DNA from: Chrysomallon squamiferum
Taxonomy: Eukaryota > Animalia > Mollusca
Reading direction: 5' to 3'
Assembly (NCBI GenBank): GCA_012295275.1
Contig: CM022670.1
Span: 29,822,001-29,886,000 of the forward strand
Length of the DNA stretch: 64,000 nucleotides
The notes below the pieces were generated by a model. It was given only the letters and a program-made list of their open reading frames with translations. It was not told the origin of the DNA and searched no databases. Position 1 is the first letter of the stretch. Each line of letters opens with the position of its first letter. Below, one piece after another: positions 1-14,086 of this stretch. Both the position numbers and the translations under genes were made by a program.

Positions 1-462
1 TTTCATTGTGCCCAAAATTAACATCCAATTTGTCTGCGGGGCATTCGTTCATTTCTCATGCCAATAATTTGCCATTCTGTAGTTTCTGACAATTACAGAG
101 TGTTGTGACAGTTACGGTACTGAATATTCAGTGTAAACTGACAGCAGATTGTGACATATAATCATTGCAAACTTTGAATAACATTTCACATATACTGAAT
201 ATCTCCTTGAAAGTCATGCTATTCAGCAAGATGCTACATGTCAATAAATCATTCAGGAAAATGCTCAGTTTTTTTAAATTCACAGAATTATATGTCAATG
301 AATTGGTTTTGAAGAATTTATTTCCATACATATATAATGTATAAGGAATTTTTAATGTAAAAACATGTAAAGTGAAAAATCTATACCACATATTTAATGT
401 AAATACTTACTGAAAAAGTATAATAATATTTTTGTATCATTTCATTTTTAAAATAAATGCAG

Positions 463-2996
463 GTACAGACACACATACAAGCACAACCTTTGCCTCGATA
501 TGCTGCAGGAAGGTTTTCACATGTCTTTTCGTGAGCTTTTTGCCTTGATCCAACAACAGGAGGAGGACAGACTTCGGGCTGGTCCGGAATCATCCATCTG
601 GTCACAGGTTATGCTCCATGCAGAACATGATAAACTGGACAAGCTCAAGATTCATCTGACTAATGCTGAGACAGCAGATAGAAGAGGTAAGTGTTCTTCC
701 TTTATTTAATTATTTATTAATATATATTTTTGACAGTACTTTAAAATAAAATATATATAGTAAAAAAAGAACGAGATTCAGAAATAGTTTAAAATGTATG
801 ACAGCCAAAATAGTGAAAACAATTTTCATTCTTTTTGCTTCTCATATGTGGTCCTTTGAAAGTTGGTTCTTTTCATTCATTTCTTTATTTTAAATATTTG
901 TCCATTTATTTTCGTATTATTTTATTTAAGTGTTTTTGCTAAGATGTTAGAAAATCTATTACAGAGAAAAACATGACATGATATTAAAATATATTTAATG
1001 CAGTTCTTTTATCTGATAACTCTCTGCTGATGCTTAAACCATCTTAAATTTTGTTTTCTTTCTTTATATAAATATGAATTCTTATTAAGTAATTTTGCAA
1101 GAGTTTTTGTCTCAAAATATTTACAGAAATAAGTTAGTGGAATGATATTCCACTCTTAAATTTGGTTTTAATTCACCGAACTTTTTTAAAATTTTATTAT
1201 TAATATTTGTTTATATTACATAAATAGTTTATCGGCTATTTAATCCATGTTATGTTTTTTGTAGATGATTACACAACTGTCTATGCAGAGCGATATGAAC
1301 TAGCCAAGTATTTTCTAAGCACAGGTGACAAATGGCTCTCTGACCACTTTTTTAAAACCTGTCTGTCCACCAGTCACTCCATTGTAGGTGATGGAGGAAA
1401 AGCTAAAGCAGAGGGTCACCGCAATGTTGGGATTTCCCTCAAGGAAAATGGTGAGTCAACAAATTTTAATGTGTGAATTAATGGCTATACATAACATGAC
1501 TGGAGAGATGTCCAGGTTTTTCTGCTACAGTAATGTTTCTTTAAAAAATCAAAACAAAAATAACAAAATGTATTATTTAATGTGTTACAGATGTGCGACA
1601 GCATACACACACACTGAAGTATTAATCTACTGCTATCTCATGATGTTTTATCCTTTTCATTAGCAGCAAAGGACTTTTATAAGAATTTTTCCCTCAGACA
1701 GAAGGAGGGCATAAATTGCATTTAAAAATAGAATACTAGTCTACAGGTAGAAATAGGAAGTAGAATATCTATGTAAACATAAAAATCATAACAAATGTAT
1801 TTTTCATATATAGTGTATTATTGTTCTAAGTTTGTTGTTTCTGTTGCATGTTTTCAGGTGACTATTTCCAAGCATCACAACACTTTGAAGCATATTATGA
1901 ACTGGCCTCTGTAAATAAACACTGGGAGAATGATGAGGGTATTGTCTTCTACACTGATGCCTGCAAGCACCTGTATGAGATATACACAGTGATTGGGAAT
2001 AAAATTGAGCAAGATGATCCCAACAAATCTCTGCTTTTACTCACAAAAGCTCACGATATGGCCTGTAATAGTGAGTGTTGTTTATTTACATATTTGCATT
2101 GTATATGTGTGTATGTATGTTTGTACATAAATATGTATTGTAAGTGCATGTATACATATACACATACATATGCATGCATGCATACATACATACATACATA
2201 CATACATACATGCACATAAATAATGTGGATGTGGGAAACTGCACCCATGAAGCATGTCATAATTTCTGCTAAGGAGAGATATTACTAGTTTATAATGAAA
2301 CATAAATACTTGTGTTTAACATATAGCAGTTTTGCATTTCTTTCTTGTTCAGGTAATGACAACAAACTGAAGGCGGAATCTACATACAAAATGGGTCTAG
2401 CCTTTGACAAGGTTGGGGAAGATGAAAAAGCATTGATGGTGAGTAATATGTTGTAACTTCTGTTTGTTTTGATCAAGAAAATCAGTGAAATCAATGTTTA
2501 TCTGTAGCTGGGTATTTTGCAGAAAAGCCTAGATAGTGTCAAATACTGTCATATTATGTTAAAAATGTCAGAACAGTAAAGGGTTATGAACAGTAAAGAA
2601 TTGCCTTTTTTTAAATTCTAAGTGGATTTTAAACAAAATATTTTTATTTACCAATTTTAATGTTTGAAAAAAAAAGTATTCTTTGTTTTTAATAGTGTGT
2701 GTGTGTGTGTGTGTGTGTACATGTGTATGTATATGAATATTTTCAGTTATTATACACATAATGTAACAGTGCTAGTATACCTTCTGTATCAGTAACACTA
2801 AATCTCCATCTGTTTCAGTATCTTCTGGAGTTTCTCAGGATGTGTGAAGATACTAATGATCATGATGGTATTGGAAGAGCTTGTGATGCCATTGCTAAAG
2901 CATATTCCAGGTATTTTTATATAATGGCATTTATTGTCCCTTTTCATATTTTTTCCCAACATTGACGAGCATATATATGCATATATCTATATACAC

Positions 2997-3038
<42 letters not shown>

Positions 3039-6000
3039 ATATACATATATATACACATATACACACATATATATTTTTCAATTAATAAATTATCATACTT
3101 GCATTAATAAGAAAACAATAAACAAAGATTAGATTTGTGTTAATAAGATAATGAGAATGGTAAATAAACATAGATAATGGTGATAACTGAAATTTAGACA
3201 ATGAAAAGTGAACATTAGATTTGTATTAAAAACATGTTTCAGAGGCTTTTTGCATAAAAAGATTTTCGATCATACCAGTTATCATTTGATGCATGATTGT
3301 TTTATGATCAGTCCATATACTTGGCAGCTTGAGCTATTTCTTGTTCCTGCTAGTGCTCACAACTGGTGTAACAAAGTTTTTGGTAGGTGCTGTCCTGTTA
3401 TGGACATTCTTGCTACTTAAAAAGAGCAGTGTATTGCAATTTCCTGTCTCATTTTTGAGGTCCATAACATACAGTATCAAAATATGTTTAATAATAAAAT
3501 ATTCCACATTCTTGTTGAACATATTTCCAGGCTAAGGTGTATTTATGATAAATCAAAAGTAAGTCTAATTTAATGTTGCATTCTTTGATACTCTAATAAT
3601 TACCTTTATATATTTCTTTTTCTACATTGTAGAGCTGGTAAAATAATGGAGTGTATTGAGTATCTGAAGCAGTTTGTGGAAACAGCAGAGCACAGTGGCC
3701 AAGAAGCTGAATATAGCAAAGCTTGTCATAATCTGGGCAATATCTTCAATTCCCTTGTTAGTATTTAGTGTATAGAGAATCAGATTAATGAATAGGTATT
3801 TTATGTATAATGTGTCTAATTTTAATTAATTTTTGTTATTAAGTTTGGTCATTCAGTTTATAGGTTATATATTGTATCAAGTGACATTTAACAGATTGCC
3901 TCTTTATCAGTGAATAGTGTTTTTGTTTAAAGAACAATTACTTAAATTGTGTTTTACTTCTTTTTTTGTTTTTTTCTAGGGACAGTATGAAGAAGCTACA
4001 GAATATTTCAGCAAAGCATACAATGTGTCAAGAGCCATGGGAGAGCCTAGTCTGATTCATGCAAACCGTGTTCAGTATGGAGTTGCAATGGCTCATCGCA
4101 TGCTTGCTAGTTTTGGCAACCATATTGTCCAAGGTCACCAGCCTTGCCTAGAACGCCTCATTGAGTGGAAGAGTGCTAGAGCAGATGAATTTGAAAAACC
4201 TATTCCAGAATCATGTAAGTTTTAATAAACTCCATTTATCCTGAATTCTGTTCTTTCTTATCTCTTTTTATGTCTGTCAATCTGTGTCTGTTACTGGCAA
4301 TGGAATGTTGGAGAGAGCTGAGGCATGACAGGTTGCATGATGAATTCTCCTCAGACTCCTCTTTTGGGTAATTCCCCATTCCAGTCAGTGCTATATGACT
4401 AATCTATTTCTGGCTGTGGCATGTACATACAGAAGATCCTTTTCTGCCATAATAAAATAATCCATGAAATGGCAGCAGTGAGAATCCTATCATACTTTCA
4501 TTACAAAAAAAAAACATAATAATCATTACATTAGTAGTAAAATAAGTTAAGCATTCATTAGAAATATTCATTCATTCTGTCTCTCTATTTGTCTCTCCTA
4601 AAATATCTTCATCTATCTATTATCTCACCTCAGTTCTTTTTGTTGCAGTATCTGCCTGCAATTTTCGCTGAATACTCATCATTATGGCTTTCTAACCAAT
4701 GATGGACACATCGTTATGGTTTTATCATTATTCACAGACTGTCTTCACTACAGCTTTCTTACTTTTTTTTCTGCCTTTTCTCACCTCTTCTAGACAGTTT
4801 ATTATGGCCTTGTTACTGGGGATAGAGTGCCTTCATTGTTTTGATTTTTGTTCATGAACAGGACAGTGTTTATTTTGGTTTTACAAGATCTTGTGAATTT
4901 CATTCATTACATGCTGACAAGAACACACTTAATACCAGACTACTAACTCTCCTTGATTCAATTCATGCTTGTCTACTAAATTGACTATCTTCTTTCCCCT
5001 CTGTGCTTGTGCTTTCCTGAACTGTCCTTACTATTTTTTTTTTTTTTTTACTTTCTCATACACCCTTTAATTCCTCTTATTTTGTAATTCTATCTTTTTT
5101 TAAACATTTCTTTATATATATATATATAACTTAATATTTTTATGAAATGCCACACTACTGTTCTTGTTTTCATTTTTGTTTTGTTTTTTGGGTTTTTTTT
5201 TTAATCTGTCAATACTCTATACAAGTACTGAAATTGTTACCATAGATCATTTTATACTATTTATGTTTTTTCTTTTACTTTTTTTAAAAATCTATATAAT
5301 TTGAAAATAAAATTAATATGAGACATGTGATCATGAAATAAGTTCAAACTGAAAAAGCTATTTTAGAAAACAGTTTAAAAAGACTGGTAACATTTTTATT
5401 CTATTTATTGATTTATTTAATTTTTTTTTGTATTCATTATAGCTTTTCTTTGTCTAAACTAGATTCAGATCTGACTAACACATTTCAGACACATTTCAGC
5501 TCATTACAGTTGAACAAAATACAATACTGTGACTGGAAAAATATTAACATAAATTATCACTACAAATATATTCTATATGAAACAAACTTTAAACTTACAA
5601 TAAGTACCTAATGTTTGGGCAGATGCTAGTTTTAACAAGATAAAAAATATAATTTAAATGAAATTTAAACAAAATTCATAATCATACAACTGATTTAGAT
5701 GCATACTAACTTGTTATTCCATTATTAGTTAAATCTTAGACCAGAAAATCTCAGACCAGACAAACTTATATCATTGATGCTGGGGTACATTTGAATGGGT
5801 GGCAATGTTCAACATGTGCAGTGTCATATTTTTAATTTTATGCTTTAATTCAGAAATATCGTCTAGTTTATTGAGATTTTTTTTACTATTTTTTTTTTTA
5901 ATACTTATTCTAGACTAATGTTAGCTGGATACAACTTAGAAATTAAACTTGCAGAAACCACATTCAAATAAATGGATTCTAATCTGGATAGTTTTCATAA

Positions 6001-6838
6001 AATAATTTGTATGCTAATTACAAAAATTTATAAATAATAAACTATTTTACACTTTATTGATATTTAAAGATCTATTTTTTTTACTAAAATATATATATTA
6101 AATACCATTTATATTAATTAAATAAATAAACAAATATATTTAAATTGTGTATTTGTAAAAAGAAAAAAAAAAAAAGTAATGTTGGTTATTTATATTCAGT
6201 TTAATGCTAAAATGATTAATAATATTTAATATTTCAAGTGCTGACAAAATTTACCTCTTTTTGAAAACTTTTCAAAAACGTTTCAAAGACCAAATGTTGA
6301 CAAAGTCCAGAATAAGGTTTTTATGCCTTTTTTCAAAATAGAAATACTGGTTTCTCTTTCTTTTCTTTTTTCTAAAAATAAATTTGTTTAAAACTAATTA
6401 AGAAATTTAGACAAAGAAAATAAAAATAGAAGTTAAATCTACAAAATGTATCTAGTAAACAGTTATATTTTTGTGAAACTGGAAATATGTGCATTTATTA
6501 GTAAGTTTGGTTTCTGTTTTTTCTTTTCTTTTTTTTAATATAATAAATATGCATAAAATTGATTTTTAGATACATTATTTTGTTAATTATATCTCATTTT
6601 TTTAATAATGTTTTTAATAATTAACTGACTTGCCAAAGAACGTTATTCACAATGTATCACTAAATTACAGATGAATATTTACTTGAAAAACATTTCGACT
6701 TTTCACTTTTCTGTTGTTTAAAATAGCTAATAACAGTCAGTTAAGAAGCTAGAGTAATTACTTTAATTGCGAATCTGTTGATTTTAATTATATTTCCTTT
6801 AATATAAATAATATAATATATTTAATCCAAATAATATA

Positions 6839-6883
<45 letters not shown>

Positions 6884-8868
6884 ATATATATATTTTTTTT
6901 AATACTCTTACTGAACCAAATTATTAAATAAACTTGCATAATAATTATGTATTATATTTTGTTGTTAATAAAGAACAAAATTACATTACTGTTAATATTA
7001 CTTTAACATACTGTATGCTGTTTGTACTGGTAATATAAAAAAAAGTCCGTCATTATCTTTTATAGTGCTAAACTTCACCAATTTCAAATTATATTGTCGC
7101 TGAATGTAATATATTATAAATTTGTAATTACTGAAATATTTGACATTAATGCTGTTCTGTTTGACCTTATTTTAAAATAAATAAGTGTTTTTTAGATTAG
7201 CATTTGCTATCATTTCTAAATATTAAAGAGTAAAGGTAGCATAATTTTTTCCATCATCAGAAAAAACACAATGCCTATGTATTCAAAAGCTTATATATAT
7301 TCAAAATTAAAGAGTGTGTCTGTGTGTTTGGCTGTATGAATATATTTATATGTACTCTAGAATTCTGAAAATCTGACCTGTTCTTGGGTTGTGTCAGTCA
7401 GATTTTTGGATTTTCTGGATTCTCCAAATTCAGATAGGAGAAAAAAAACAACAAAAAAACAAGGTAAATTTTTATAGTTTATTCATAAGCAAAAACATGT
7501 TGCTTCATTTCTCAACATGATAAAAAAAATTTCAAACAATGTGTTACAAAAAATAAAATAAAATTAAAAAGTTGTAATATTTGAAATCATGATTAAAAAT
7601 AAACATTGCCAAACACACAAATACAAAAATAAAAACAAATGAAAGTAGAAGATATTTTATACAAAATAACTGTTTATTTTTTGTTTATTAATGAAAATGT
7701 TCATATGATGTACATATTGCAGTACAACAGATAAATATTTACTCACTCATTTCCACAAAACTGACTATTTGATTTCTCATTTTAATACGGTGACCATGTC
7801 ATCATTTGTTTCACTGTGGCACTCATAAACAATGTGCAAAATAGTCCACTACATTTCAAAAGTTTTAGAGTTTTCCAAAAAAAAAAAAGTCCAGGAAGTT
7901 CTCAATTAGACTGTATTTTTTAAGTCTACTGTACATATATATATATATATACAAAAGTTATATATTTTTATGCATAATAAAAATTATTTCATTGACACAG
8001 CTGTTGAAATTTGATATGCTTCTCTGCTTGTGCACTATTTACTTAGATGTTTTATGTTAAACATTGCTTGTTGTTGATCTGAGAAAACTCCTTGAAAGTT
8101 TTCAGCTCATCAGGTAAATAACACTTGCAAATTGTGGGTTTCTGTAATTTCAGAAAACTAAGACGTTGTTTAAAATATTTAATTATTTATGTTAGTTTCA
8201 TTTGTGAAATATTCCTTGAACAAAGGCCTTCAGCAATATCAACATCATTACTTTGAGAAAATTAAAAAGTAAACATTTAATTTGATGCACTGTTGATACA
8301 ATATTGAAAGCTTAATTATATTTTCAAAAATTTACATTTATAGTCCCTCTAAAAAAAGATATTTTATCTCTGTTGCCACCCCTTTTAGCATTGTTTCATA
8401 TTATTAATGACTTCATATATGTGTCACATATACAAATACAAATGTTCATACAAACTCGTATATACAATGTATACCCAATGAAAAATACTTAGCCTACCAC
8501 ACACACACACAGAGTTACGGGAAGAATGGTTTCATTAAATGAAAATTTGAATGTATCAATTCCCAAACATAACAGTTTGAGTGATAATTCTATTGGACAC
8601 ATCTGGGCAATCCTACATACACTATATATAATCTTTTTTGTCTTTCTTTCCTCCAGCAACAATGAAAGTGAATCATCAGCCACATACATCTTCCCACTTG
8701 AGCACCTCTGAGACCTCTGTGTCAACAGTAGATAGTTTAGAGGGAAAGGATAAAGACAAGTCTGGAGAAGAAGAGCTAATTTTAGAAGAAGATGAAGATA
8801 AGAAGATAGAAATGGATGATTCTTCCTACACTCTGACAACTGAAAACACTGAGGAATATACCAGCTAA
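463..8868 (+). CDS. TTC29: Tetratricopeptide repeat protein 29, 5' end outside or unresolved
   Basis: Phase-consistent GT-AG exons 463-686, 1265-1450, 1858-2070, 2353-2438, 2819-2910, 3633-3756, 3980-4214, 8657-8868. Peptides YKHNLCLDMLQEGFHMSFRELF, DKWLSDHFF, GIGRACDAIAKAY, RVQYGVAMAH and LIEWKSAR follow TTC29; acidic C-terminal tail. Confidence 0.9.
1570..1705 (-). repeat. Decayed fragment of a SINE-like interspersed repeat
   Basis: Shares motifs (ttagcagcaaagga..tttata, cagacag) with the copy at 51480-51640 and, in reverse, with copies near 3330 and 4370. Family not verified. Confidence 0.45.
3001..3036. repeat. (GT)n microsatellite
   Basis: Direct reading. Confidence 0.95.
3330..3450 (+). 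repeat. Decayed SINE-like repeat fragment
   Basis: gagctatttcttgttcc..cacaactggtgtaacaaag..tgctgtcctgt..cttgctact resembles the reverse complement of 51560-51640 (ccacaactggttttataaaggctgcagtat..tcctgtctgtggg). Confidence 0.5.
4370..4570 (+). repeat. Decayed SINE-like repeat fragment
   Basis: ccagtcagtgctatatgact..ggctgtggcatgt..agaagatcctttt..ccatgaaatggcagcag, same motif order as the other copies. Confidence 0.45.
6846..6892. repeat. (TA)n microsatellite
   Basis: Direct reading. Confidence 0.95.
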
Positions 8869-10875
8869 ACTACTCCAAATTTTGCTACAAGCATTATCAG
8901 ATTCTGAAGAGAACTTTTTGGCAGAATTAGAAGCAGGCCAGAGAGACTGGTTGGTGTGAATCATTAAAGAATATTAATAATAGCCTACAAGAGAAGATAT
9001 CAGCAGAAGCATGCTTGGACCTTATTTGGATATTAGCATTATAGAGAAATGTTTTGTTTTTGATTCCATTTATTCTGCACACAGCAGAAATTGTAATCTT
9101 TTTATAGTGAAAGAAAAAAAATATGAATTGATTGAGGCAAAACCAAAATATTATTTTAATCATTAGTATAAAAACCTAAATATTTACTAATGGAAAAAAA
9201 AAAAGATACATTAAAAAGGGAATGAAATGTTTTATAACATAATTAATTTTCTTGTTCAGTATTATCACTATGTGTTCCATATCCTTATATTTTACTTTTA
9301 ACGTATATTTTTTTATTTTTTTTATTTCATGGTTTGATTAGTGATCTATGATTGTAAATGTAACTGCTCGCTTAGACATTGTGACAGTGTATTGAAGTGT
9401 TTACATAGAACAGCTATAAGCTCATTGTTACTTATAACTCAAGAAATATGTTAGTTATTTTAGACTGGTCTGACTAATGATCTGAAAATGTGCTGTGTAA
9501 GACAAGACTGTATGGAGGTTAAAAATATGGTTGTTTTGTGCTTTTTCTATAAAATCAGCATTTTTGAGTTAAAAAATTAATTCATGTTTGTTTCACTTTT
9601 GCTTTTTCCTTTTTTAAAATCTCTATATTTCAGATAGTATAGATTAATGCTTGTTTTCAATTTGTTTTTACATATTTTTGTATTTATATTTAGTAGAATT
9701 GTATTGTACATCTTGTTTCACTTGATCAATAAAATTTTTCTCAAAACAATGTTTTGAAATATTTCTTAAACAAGATGTCTTTTGTAATAACTGTTTTCCT
9801 TAAGCTTTGGTTTATCCATTGCAGCACTGTGTATCATTAACGAGGGTTTTTTTGAAGGCTATATAATGTAGGCTTTGTTTTCTGTTTATATATTTTGTTT
9901 ATTTTTCATTCATGTTGTGTATTTCATTATTTTTGAATAATAATAATTTATTATTATATATACAATGTAAATTAATTACCAGTGTTTGAAACCAAAGTTT
10001 CATAATTTGTTTAACCAAAAGCTTCTGTGATAATAGTTCCATATAGATAGTCGATGTACATGTTTTGTTCACATTTTCATTTTCTTTTAAAATTAATTTT
10101 TTACTGGCTTTGTTTGAGAGAAATAAAGATTTAAAATGTATTATTCTTAAATGTTTGAGGTTATTTGGGTGTGTATTTTCAGAAACTATTCAAAACGAAT
10201 ATGAAGAATATTCGGGAGGTAGAGAACACTGGTGTATGTGCGTGTCTACTTAACAAATTTGTGGATTAACAAAAAACAAAAAATCATATGTCATTGTTTT
10301 AAATTTAGTTTGGTATACTGGGGACAAAATATAATTTAAAAATGTATACTTAATGTTTATTTGTATTTATAATAGGAAATGTATCAATATGTTTGCAGTC
10401 AGCAGCTATAACCATTTGGAACCACACAAGATAAATATAAAATAATTTATTTAATTAATATTTAAAATATAAGATAAAGCATTTATAAACCTCATTTTTC
10501 TCTCGGTTTTGTTTCCTCTTTTTTTTTTTTAGAAACAAAATTTTAAAAATGTTAGTGCATGATATAAACTTTTCAGCTAAATTCACTTGGTTTTTCTCAT
10601 TATATATAGCAGTTTACAATGCAAACAAATGGTGAAAAAATATCACACAATCTTTTTATAACAAAAATCTGCCATATATCATCATACAATAGTTCATCAT
10701 CTTATCACCAATACAGACATGTCCATATCGGTTTAATATGCTTAGCATATAGTAAAAATATATACATCATCCATGACATCTGTGTTGGGATTTTTTATAA
10801 TTATACGTGGCAAAATGGCTAATAACGGAATCACATAATCAAGGTAACTATTAACAGAAATGGGTGAACTTTCTC

Positions 10876-11177
10876 TCATTTTTTATTTAGAGACTCAATG
10901 ACAAGATCAATCTTTCCATTATTTTCCTCAAGCAGTTGTATTAATTTATTTTCTTCATTACTAAATCCCATTGATAACATCTGGATTAGCGCCTTGGCAA
11001 TTTTGGGATCTGAAAAATGAAAAGCTGTAAATTAATAAATACCCTAGATCAAACAGAATTTTAGTTACACTTATGTCCATCATCCAGTCTGGTGATGTCA
11101 CAGCAAAACAAAAAGATTTAAATCAAATTGTTAGGGCAACTTCAAGAGAAATCATAGAAAAATGAGCAATTAAATAT

Positions 11178-11219
<42 letters not shown>

Positions 11220-12416
11220 TGGAAATAATAAAACCCTTATTCTGATACAAAAGGTTGTCTAATGTACTGAGGAAAATTATTAAATACATTTGTACCAATT
11301 TGTTTTCAAATAGCTTTATACAAAAAGATATTTATATCTGATAAAATATAAAATATACTGAAATTAAATGCTATAAAACAGTCTGATTCAAAAGGTTATT
11401 TTATGTGCTGATGCAACAAGGCACATTGTAACAAAGGACAAACATAACTACTGTTAAAAAGATTACATACATACATACATACATACACACACACACAGAT
11501 CAATGCATGTCCAAAGGACAAAGGATAACAAATGGCGCACCACCCAATTTTTTACCGACCTGTATTTTTATTTTAGGACAAAAAGTCATTTTATAAATAT
11601 TTTTAAATTTGTTTTTAAATTATTATCAGCATCATCTTCATTATTACTGTTATTGTTATTTTGCTGTTGTTGTTGCTTTTGTGTTCTTTTTTTTTATTTA
11701 TTTTTTTTTTTTTATTATTACATCTTGAAAATTCCATCTACCAAAATGATGGTATTATATAAACTTCTGAAAGGCTGGAACCACAAATATAGTAAAATTA
11801 AATGTGTTTTGGAAAAGATAGTGACAGATTTGTATTGGGACTAAAAAACAAAAGTATAATCTTGGAAATAAACATCAACTATCTAGAATAATTAGCATGT
11901 TGTTGGTGTCATTGATGTTTTTATGACTATAGTTATGTTGTTGACATTTATCTTGATAATAATTACCACTACCAGCAATGTTTTATACATTCTTTTTTTT
12001 CTTTTTTATTTTTTTTATTTTAGCTATTATTGACTTATTCACCTACTTATTTATTTAATTATTTTTATTTAGTGACAATGTAGTGAGGAATTGATAAACG
12101 TTCAACAAATTTGTTATAAGCTGAATTATTTTTTCAGTAATCAGGGTTATCTTGATCTTCACGATAATGAATGCACTAGTTATTGAATAGTAATAATAAT
12201 AATAATAATAATTATGTATATGAATAAAACCACCAATAAATATATATCCTTAATGTTCATTTCACTCTTTCTCTAGCATGTTCTCTCTCTGTCTTTCTTT
12301 TCTTTCTTTTTTTATCTCTAACTATATATATATATATATCTATCTTGACACACAAACACAAGTGCATGTTGTGTCTGTCTGTCTGTCAGTAACTGCATGA
12401 ATATGGGTAAGGTAAA

Positions 12417-12465
<49 letters not shown>

Positions 12466-14051
12466 TTCAGACTTTAATCAAATCATAAATGTAATAAAAC
12501 TAATATGCAATATTCAGTCATTAAGTAACTCTTGTAAATCTCCCTTATTCCTTTTAAATGAATGAATGAATGAATGAATGTTTAACAACACCCCAGGGCA
12601 AAATGCAGATCAGCTATGGGGTTTCAGACAGAGATATGAAAATAACTGATATATGTGACACGTACAAATTCAGTTTTATACCTGGGTGAATTGGCCCTGG
12701 AAAACCAACCTTTGCTCGCAATGCGATTGGCTCATTAACATATGATGGATGTAGTTCATTAGGTTTATTTTGTTCTGGCTGTTTTTCCACAGAATCTTTA
12801 AACTACCAAATATAATTAATATAAAAATGAAAATTAGAAAATAAACAAAACAATTACAAGACAATTGTTTGTGATAATCTTGTCAGAGATTTCTGGATGA
12901 TAGCAGGTAAAATAAGTTCCCATACCCATAGTTGGTATATTTTATTATCTGTTATGTATACCTTCTGTTGACACTACTTGCATTATATATTACTGTTACA
13001 GGAGTTAGCTAGCTAAGTTACATGATGTTTGTAACTGATATCACCAACAGTTGTATACATGTTACAAAAAATGTAATAGTGTTATCTATATCCAGCAATT
13101 TAAACAAAAAATTTGATATATATATAAATTATAAAGGTAATAATAAATTAATTAATTAATAAATAAATAAGTAAATATAAACAATGAAGTAAATATAAAA
13201 CTTTAAAAATAATAACAGTAATAAAGATAAGGTTAATAAATGATTTCATTTGTTTTGGTTGTATTTATTATTATTAATATTGTTTTTGTTGTATTAATGT
13301 ATTTAGTTTATTTTATTTATTATTGGTGTTGTTTTTGTTTGTTTTGGGTTTTTTCGTTGTTGTTGTTTTGTTGTAGTGTTTTTTAAATTTGTAAAATTAC
13401 CATGGAATGTTTGAATTCTTTTGCTCTCTGTTTATTTCTTTCATTCTCAACAGCCATCACATCATCATCATTATGGTCAATGTTGCATTCCATGTCGTTT
13501 TCTTCTCCATAAAAATCTTCATCCAGATCGTCTAGATGAAATAAATTTACATAAATCACAAATAATTTGTTTGCTTTAACACTATATTAATTTTATTTGA
13601 AGATAGTACATATTCTCTCTCACACAAACACACAAGCACATATAGTTGCCTCTTTATTTACCTAACCATAACAACATCAAGATATTATTAAATTATCCAA
13701 AAATTACAAATAAATAGCACTCACCAAATGGATTCATTGCATTAGCCAGTGTCTTTGTAAATGTCTTGCTTAAATTTATGCCATACTGAACAAAGGAGTT
13801 AACAGCATCTTTTCCCATAAACTGATTCTGGGACTCAGCAGAAATACAGCCAGATGAACTAGCAGACGATGGAACTCTTTCCGATTGGTGTTCAGGTCTG
13901 ACAGAACAGACGCAGTGTTTGTTCACATCACATTCTTTAGGTTCTTCCCACTATATCAAAATTAAACAAATAATTACAAATAACTGAGATGATATTAGTT
14001 AATAACATTTTTATGCAAGGAGCTTTGTCACAGTTTTTCCTGGGATTTCAT

Positions 14052-14086
<35 letters not shown>

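Noticed and set aside
11503-11844. 113-aa hydrophobic ORF and similar F/L/I/Y-rich ORFs across the window
   Set aside because: Low-complexity AT-rich intronic sequence.
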